Positions 58,688-64,000 of a stretch of DNA of 64,000 nt are shown here, in pieces. A program made the position numbers and the translations under genes. The stretch is from contig CAVZQC010000003.1 in assembly GCA_963777315.1 (NCBI GenBank), positions 1 to 64,000 of the forward strand, given 5' to 3'. Source of the stretch: Vulcanimicrobiota bacterium. Its GTDB lineage: Bacteria > Vulcanimicrobiota > Vulcanimicrobiia > Vulcanimicrobiales > Vulcanimicrobiaceae. The notes below the pieces were generated by a model that saw nothing but the letters and a program-made list of their open reading frames with translations, was not told where the DNA came from and did not search any database. Every line of letters starts with the position of its first letter. Position 1 is the stretch's first letter.

Positions 58688-59191
58688 TTACGGCTTTTTG
58701 GCGGCGGGATGTCCGTTGACGCGCACTTCATAGCTGAACGTCTGCGTCTTATGCGGTGCAAGTGCCCGTGGCGCGATCCAGCGCACGGCCTTGTACAACG
58801 CCGGGTCGGCGGCTTTCACGAGCGTTCTTCGCGGCGTCTTCACCGAAAAGGCCGGCCGGGCGGACCAGCTCTTCCCATCCAGCGTGTATTGGACGGCGGC
58901 ATCGTCGCCGCGCGCAGACTGCAGAACGTATGAAGTTGCTTGGGGGATGGGGCCGACCGGAACGAGTTTGAACGCGGGAGAGGTTCCTACGTTCGTCGCG
59001 ACGATCGTGTAGCGAACGAGATCGCCGGCCTTGAGCGTCAGCCCTTGCACGGGCGTTTGTTTGATTTGACCGTTGCTATGCTGCACAAGCACGCCGCTCA
59101 AATGCAGTTTCACCGCGGGTGCCGCCGCGGCTGCCGCCGAGCAGCACGCAAAAATCGCGCCCAACAGTAAAGGCGCGCGCAGAACTCTCAT
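58688..59191 (-). CDS. Small secreted single-DUF11-like protein (putative chaperone)
   Basis: GGAGGA RBS, signal peptide, AGDLVRYTIVATNVG, PIPQATSYV, VRW, FSYEVRV. Confidence 0.82.
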   Translation of the reverse strand: MRVLRAPLLLGAIFACCSAAAAAAPAVKLHLSGVLVQHSNGQIKQTPVQGLTLKAGDLVRYTIVATNVGTSPAFKLVPVGPIPQATSYVLQSARGDDAAVQYTLDGKSWSARPAFSVKTPRRTLVKAADPALYKAVRWIAPRALAPHKTQTFSYEVRVNGHPAAKKP

Positions 59192-59339
59192 GTATCCTCC
59201 CAACAGCGTGCGGTGCACCGGACCGCAACGCTTATTAGCACCACTATCGGAAGGGAAGGCTCGCGCTATAGGTGTCCGGCACTGTACATACGAAAATTTA
59301 ACGCTGCACCGCTCGAGCTCAGCACGCCCACCGATTTCA

Positions 59340-59859
59340 CTTCAGCGCGTCGCCGTACTTACCCGAGAGGTTCTCATTTACTTGACCGGTTTCGCCGGCC
59401 CAGGGCTGCTTGGAGTCCTTCATGTCCGTCATCGTCGCAACCAAGGTATAGCGCGGGTTGATCCTCCTGGCGGCGGTTGGAATAAAACAGCACGATACGA
59501 TGCTGCAGCTTGAGATGAGCCGCTTGGACGACGATGCTCCGAAACGTCGTGATACGTGTAATGTCAGGTCTCCGAATGGACCCTCGATGTTCGTGGCGCT
59601 CTCCAATGCTTCGGATTTCAAGACGCGTTTAAACGCCGTGCCTCGCGTACGCGTAGCGATCATAATATGTTCTTCGTACGGAGCGCTTGCAACGGAAAAG
59701 CCGCGTATTGCCTTCGCTGTCGTTCTCAGGCGGAATTGGAAAGCGTGATGTCGATAAACTGCCCGGCCGTAAACGTCCAATCGGCCGGCTTTGAAATTCG
59801 AAAGCCATCGTGCCCTTAGCGGCTTGCTCGCCTTAAGCGGCGATATAAACGTCGGCCAC
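59340..59859 (-). pseudogene. Degenerate copy of the FNR-like oxidoreductase at 13903-14643
   Basis: RGFSVASAPYE, AFKRVLKSE, IEGPFGDLTLH and YTLVATMTDMKDSKQPW shared; multiple deletions and frameshifts. Confidence 0.85.
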
Positions 59860-59860
59860 C

Positions 59861-59898
59861 AAACCGCACAGATAACGTGGACATTTGCCCCCTACGGT
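59861..59898 (+). promoter_or_regulatory. Truncated Crp-type box copy H (AAACCGCACAGA) + 22 bp + TACGGT
   Basis: Right half of the motif; the left half was lost at the deletion junction. Confidence 0.5.
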
Positions 59899-59951
59899 GC
59901 AACGATGAATCGCGACATTTTTGCTGGGCCGCGGCCCAACGCTACGATAGT

Positions 59952-60507
59952 ATGAGGCGCATGCTGCTCACGCTCGGACATGGAACTGCGGCTGAGGATG
60001 AACTTGCGGCAATCATTCGTGGAGCGGGGTTCGAGTCGCTCGTCGACGTCCGCACTGTCCCTAAGAGCCGTCGTCATCCGCAGTTTTGGCGCAAAGAGAT
60101 GGAACGCTGGGTCCCGGAACGCAGTAGAAGCGCGTATCGGTGGGAGCCGGCTTTGGGCGGCTTTCGAAAAGCCAATCGCAATAGCCATAACGTCGCCTTG
60201 CGTCATCCTTCATTTCGCTGGTATGCCGATTACATGGAGACCGATGCCTTCGCAGTCGCGCTCGACGACCTTCTCGCGCAAACGAGGACGGCGCAGGTGG
60301 CGATCATGTGTTCCGAAACCGTTTGGTGGCGCTCTCACCGCCGGCTGATATCGGATGCCGCGCTCCTGCTTCATGGCGTTTCCTGTGCAGCACGTAATGC
60401 ACGATGGCAAACTTCGGCCGCACATTCCCACGGCCGGTGTTCGCACGACGGCGGAGGGAACGCTCCGTTATGACGTACTGTTCGAGACCGCTGACGCTAT
60501 GGATTAG
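59952..60507 (+). pseudogene. Second DUF488 (long type) copy, frameshift at about 60380
   Basis: Close paralogue of 27521-28063; extra T in GGCGTTTCC; RSH replaces RCH. Confidence 0.82.
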
Positions 60508-60597
60508 ACGAGATTTATATGGCAACGCCATCCGGTCGGATTGATGCCGACTTGATGAGGCGGTACGTGTTGCTGGCCGGTAAAACGACCTTATGTT

Positions 60598-62279
60598 TCA
60601 GCGGCTCCGCTCGGGACGATTTGCGTAGCTGAATATTGGCCGCATTGTCAGCCATGCGTAACCCGCCCCCGCTCGATGTGCTAGCGCCTGCAGTGTATCG
60701 ATTTCTTCGGGAATATAGTGCGTGTGGTCGGTCTTCGGCCCACAAACGATAAACCCAACCAAGTGAGTGCGTGCCGTCATCGGAAGCATGAGCGCCGCCC
60801 GCAAGGGGTGCTGCGGTGCATCGCATTCGAAGGGCTCGCTCCAGCGGCGTAGTCGCAGCACGGCCAGATCGTTTGCCGACAGTATCTCCGGCGTGCCCTG
60901 CACAATCGGGTGCGACTGTACGAACGTCGCGCCGTCTGCGGTGAAGATTGCGACGTATTGCGACTCGAGGCGCATGCGAAGCGTTTGAAGGGTTTGCGCG
61001 AGCAGCTGGCCTGGGTCGCTTATGAGATCCACCTCATGAGTGAAACGGCGGATAGCGGCCAGTGCAAGCGCCTGCGCGTGAAAGATGATGCGGTTCAAGG
61101 CCCGTTCGATATATTTGTGCATGCTCGTAATCGAAAAGCCCAGCGCAAGCGCTAAGGCGACTTCCGCGACGATGTGGAAGCGCGAATGCTCGAGCCACTT
61201 CCCGAAAGCCCAATCTGCTAACGCAAGGATGCCGATCGTTAACGTCGTCATGAAACCGAAGACAAGAGCACGGCTCACGACGAAGCGAATATCGAACAAC
61301 CGGTGCTTAAGGATCGTGTATGCCAGGGCAACAGGAGCAACAATGAGCCACGCCTGAGTGAGATTTGCGACCGATAACGAAAGTAAACGTCCCGCCGCGT
61401 TTTCAACAGCGGTAAAGAAAACGTAGGGCAAAAAGGCGATTGCGAAAGCGGAGATGGCCCACCGTAGGCGCGTCCGTTCGTCTTGTTCCGAACGCGTATA
61501 CCTGAAAATCAATACGGCAATGCCCGGCACGTAAAGCGCGGCGATGGCTATTTGAATGTCGCTGGTGAGCGCTTGCGGATAACGTATGCCGATTAAGCTC
61601 GCGCCGCTGCAGATATTTGCTAGAGCAAGGACCGGCGCGACAGCGAACCAGAGTATTCGCTCGACGCGTTGAGGCAGGCCGGTGGGCTGCGCATTTGGAA
61701 AGCGCAGACCGAACGAAAATAGTGCGAACGGGGCGATCGCCTGCAGTACCGGGATCGTAAAGAAGCTGAAGAGTACAATGAGCCACGGCGGAAAATACTG
61801 GAGTGCCTGATCGCCGTTGTACAAGAAGGAAGAAGAAAATATAAAGAACGACCACGTCGTGGGCATGGGACGCAGCAGTACCAAAGCGGCAGCGATCAGT
61901 GTATACGCCACTAAGGACAAGACAGACTGCAATATCCGTCGCATTCTCGGCAAGAGTTCGTGCCCTCGGATGTGCCACCAGCGTCGCGCTTTTTCCGGAA
62001 AGTAGCGGTAGCACGATGACTTGTCCGGCGTAGCCGACTCCCACGGCGCCTAAGCTTGGTGCGTTCCGCCAGGGTCATCCGAGAGAGGTCGACAGCGTCT
62101 CCCACATGCAAGCCTTGGGCGCGCGCATAGTCGTCGACCGCCGTAACAACCCCGGCGCTATTCGTTCCAAATCCAAAGCTGCTCCAGGGCTGCCATGGAT
62201 CAACGATGTCGGGGGCAGTAAATGCCAATGCGCCGAGCGCCAGAAAGAGGATAACGGAGACTCGCAAAAATGTGCGCAT
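60598..62279 (-). CDS. Multi-TM sensor-like protein (PDZ-like N-loop, GAF-like C-terminus), two frameshifts
   Basis: VVTAVD..A...GLHVGD; TM bundle; AYTILKHRLFDI; LVGFIVCGPK...Y.PEEIDTL. Frames switch near 62045 and 61900-61935. Confidence 0.65.
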
Positions 62280-62371
62280 AGTCGTCTCTCCTGCGGCTTT
62301 TGCTACGGTTTGGGAGGACACCCCTAGGGCGTGGTCGTCGCGTGCACTGCTCGCAATCGAGTGAGGGTCCG

Positions 62372-62477
62372 CGTACCCGAGGCCGCCGCTCCAATAGGGA
62401 GCGTAACCGTAATACCCGTAATACGGCTTCCAGGACTCGCCGCTCGGGATTTGCGCTAACTTTGGGTCGTATGCAGG
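62372..62477 (-). pseudogene. C-terminal remnant of a PRC-barrel gene
   Basis: PAYDPKL...WKPYYGYYGYAPYWSGGLGY matches the C-terminus encoded at about 33251-33355. Confidence 0.75.
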
Positions 62478-62515
62478 ACACTGGACGCAGCCTCGTGGGC
62501 TGCATTGGAGAGATT

Positions 62516-62767
62516 GTGAAACTCGTAAACGCAATAAATGCCCAAGCTCTCAAGCATGCCACGCTGATCGCGGAATCGAACGAGTTTGCGATCTACGATG
62601 TCGGCAATGATACCTACGCGCTCGTGCATCGGCATGCAGCCGTTGAATGGCAAGCCATTACGATCTCGGGCGACGGCCTCTTCCGCGTGCTCGAAATATT
62701 GGCTCAGGCTACCCGCACCTTGTACCGAGATGTCGCGGGTGAGCTTTCAAAGCAACGGCGCTCCTAG
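62516..62767 (+). CDS. Small hypothetical protein (83 aa)
   Basis: GGAG RBS + GTG; a degenerate paralogue at 40184 differs mostly at third codon positions. Confidence 0.7.
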   Translation: MKLVNAINAQALKHATLIAESNEFAIYDVGNDTYALVHRHAAVEWQAITISGDGLFRVLEILAQATRTLYRDVAGELSKQRRS

Positions 62768-62799
62768 CCGAAGCTCGAAGCCGTACTCGGCGACGCGAA

Positions 62800-63981
62800 A
62801 TGTTCTGCACGTTTCTTCTGAGCGCAATACTTACCATCGCGCCCTCCGACGGCTTGCGGGATCGCGCCGTGACGATTGCCGCGCATACGGCGCCGGATCG
62901 TGCGCTGGAGTTCGTTCTGCACCTGCGTGATGCCAACGGCGTCGCTTGGACTTCCCGCGTAGTTGCAGCGACCGACGCGCGCGGCGAGGCCAAGCTCGCC
63001 GAACCCAGGCGCCTTTTCAGCAGCGCGCTGCCATCGGTGGGTACGGCGCCGTTCGCATGGCCGCGGGATCTGCAGCCCGCCACGGGGAGACTCGAGTTAG
63101 TGGAAAACGGTCGCGTCGTCGCGCAACAGCCGCTCGTACGCCGGCAAATCGGCGCCAATGTGATGCGGCAGCGCATCGCCACGTCGCGCGTGTACGGCGA
63201 ATCATTCATTCCGCGCAACGGCACATCGCTGCCCGCCGTCGTCGTTTTGGGAGGATCGGAGGGCGGTTACCCGATCGACATTCCTGCGATGCTGGCCTCC
63301 CATCGGATCGCCGCGCTTTCCAGTGCATATTTCGGGGAACCGGGCTTACCGCAAGACCTCGTGGAAGTTCCAATCGAACGGGTGCGCGACGCGGTGCATT
63401 ACCTCGCCGCCCTGTCTCGAGTCAACCCGCGCAGAATCGCGGTGCTCGGCGTTTCGCGCGGCGGTGAGCTTGCGTTCGTCGCCGCTGCGCATTTTCCCGA
63501 AATTCGCGCCGCCGCCGGCATCGTGCCAAGCCCGATCGTGGAAGCCGGATTGCGCTTCGGAAAAAGTCCGGTGAACGAATCAGCCTGGACGCTCCAAGGG
63601 AAACCGCTGCCGTTCGCATCTTACGCGCAGATCATGGAGTTCATTCGCAGTGGCAACGCCGCGTCGGTCCCAAACGCCGTGATCGATTTTCAGCGCATCA
63701 ACGGCCCCGTCGCAATCATCGCCGGTGCGGACGATCGCCTCGGCCTTTCCGGCCTGCTCTTCAGGCGCACGCTCAACCTGCTTCACCTCCGCGCCGGCGA
63801 TCTGTTCGAGGACTATCGCGGCGCCGGGCACCTCATCGAGATCCCTTACACGCCGACCGCAAATCGCGAAACCCTTAAAACTCCGTACGGAATGCTCCAA
63901 TTCGGCGGCAACCCAGACGCGTACGCAGCGGCCGATGCTCAAAGCTGGCCACTGCTCGTACACTTCTTGTACGCCCACTAA
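62800..63981 (+). CDS. Acyl-CoA thioesterase/BAAT family alpha/beta hydrolase
   Basis: GGSEGG, GVSRGGE nucleophile elbow, GADD, GAGH. Confidence 0.87.
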   Translation: MFCTFLLSAILTIAPSDGLRDRAVTIAAHTAPDRALEFVLHLRDANGVAWTSRVVAATDARGEAKLAEPRRLFSSALPSVGTAPFAWPRDLQPATGRLELVENGRVVAQQPLVRRQIGANVMRQRIATSRVYGESFIPRNGTSLPAVVVLGGSEGGYPIDIPAMLASHRIAALSSAYFGEPGLPQDLVEVPIERVRDAVHYLAALSRVNPRRIAVLGVSRGGELAFVAAAHFPEIRAAAGIVPSPIVEAGLRFGKSPVNESAWTLQGKPLPFASYAQIMEFIRSGNAASVPNAVIDFQRINGPVAIIAGADDRLGLSGLLFRRTLNLLHLRAGDLFEDYRGAGHLIEIPYTPTANRETLKTPYGMLQFGGNPDAYAAADAQSWPLLVHFLYAH

Positions 63982-64000
63982 TTGGTTCTTCGGGGGTTGC

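Noticed and set aside
59273..59288. TGTCCGGCACTGTACA (TGT-N10-ACA) upstream of the DUF11 operon as another Crp box
   Set aside because: The core differs from the consensus and there is no TAnnnT at 21-22 bp toward the operon; Crp control of the fibre genes is unsupported.
577..59898. Repeated motif as CRISPR repeats or MITE ends
   Set aside because: Copies are dispersed kilobases apart in both orientations, with no spacer array, cas genes or target-site duplications.

Overview
GC-rich bacterial window with no rRNA, tRNA, CRISPR or recognisable transposase. The gene mix resembles Ca. Eremiobacterota (Vulcanimicrobiota), but that is inference only. Bases 1-40 kb form a partly decayed stress/low-oxygen island. 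It begins with a Crp/Fnr regulator and carries seven copies of a 16-bp TGYCTAAAACCGCACA-like box, each 21-22 bp upstream of a TAnnnT -10 element (class II activator geometry); an eighth, truncated copy lies at 59.86 kb. Downstream of these boxes are: a TPP-enzyme/FAD-FeS oxidase cluster; an actinobacterial Sdh1-type succinate dehydrogenase with ETF:quinone oxidoreductase; a folE-PTPS fusion/methyltransferase/glycosyltransferase/SDR operon (candidate pterin-glycoside pathway); and a cytochrome c-gluconate dehydrogenase-alkA-heme-copper oxidase operon whose subunit I has Asn in place of the cross-linked Tyr (sNOR-like NO reductase). Bases 41-49 kb hold PBP4, a sedolisin, a cyclase-STAND-TPR protein and an AI-2E transporter. 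Bases 49.3-59.2 kb hold the most striking candidate new system: five co-oriented exported proteins with DUF11 domains split into N-terminal donor and C-terminal acceptor halves, plus a probable outer-membrane barrel. This suggests a head-to-tail, possibly isopeptide-locked fibre with base, shaft, tip and a catalytically dead chaperone. Bases 59.3-62.8 kb are a mosaic of degenerate copies of genes found earlier in the window. Several single-base frameshifts may be assembly errors.
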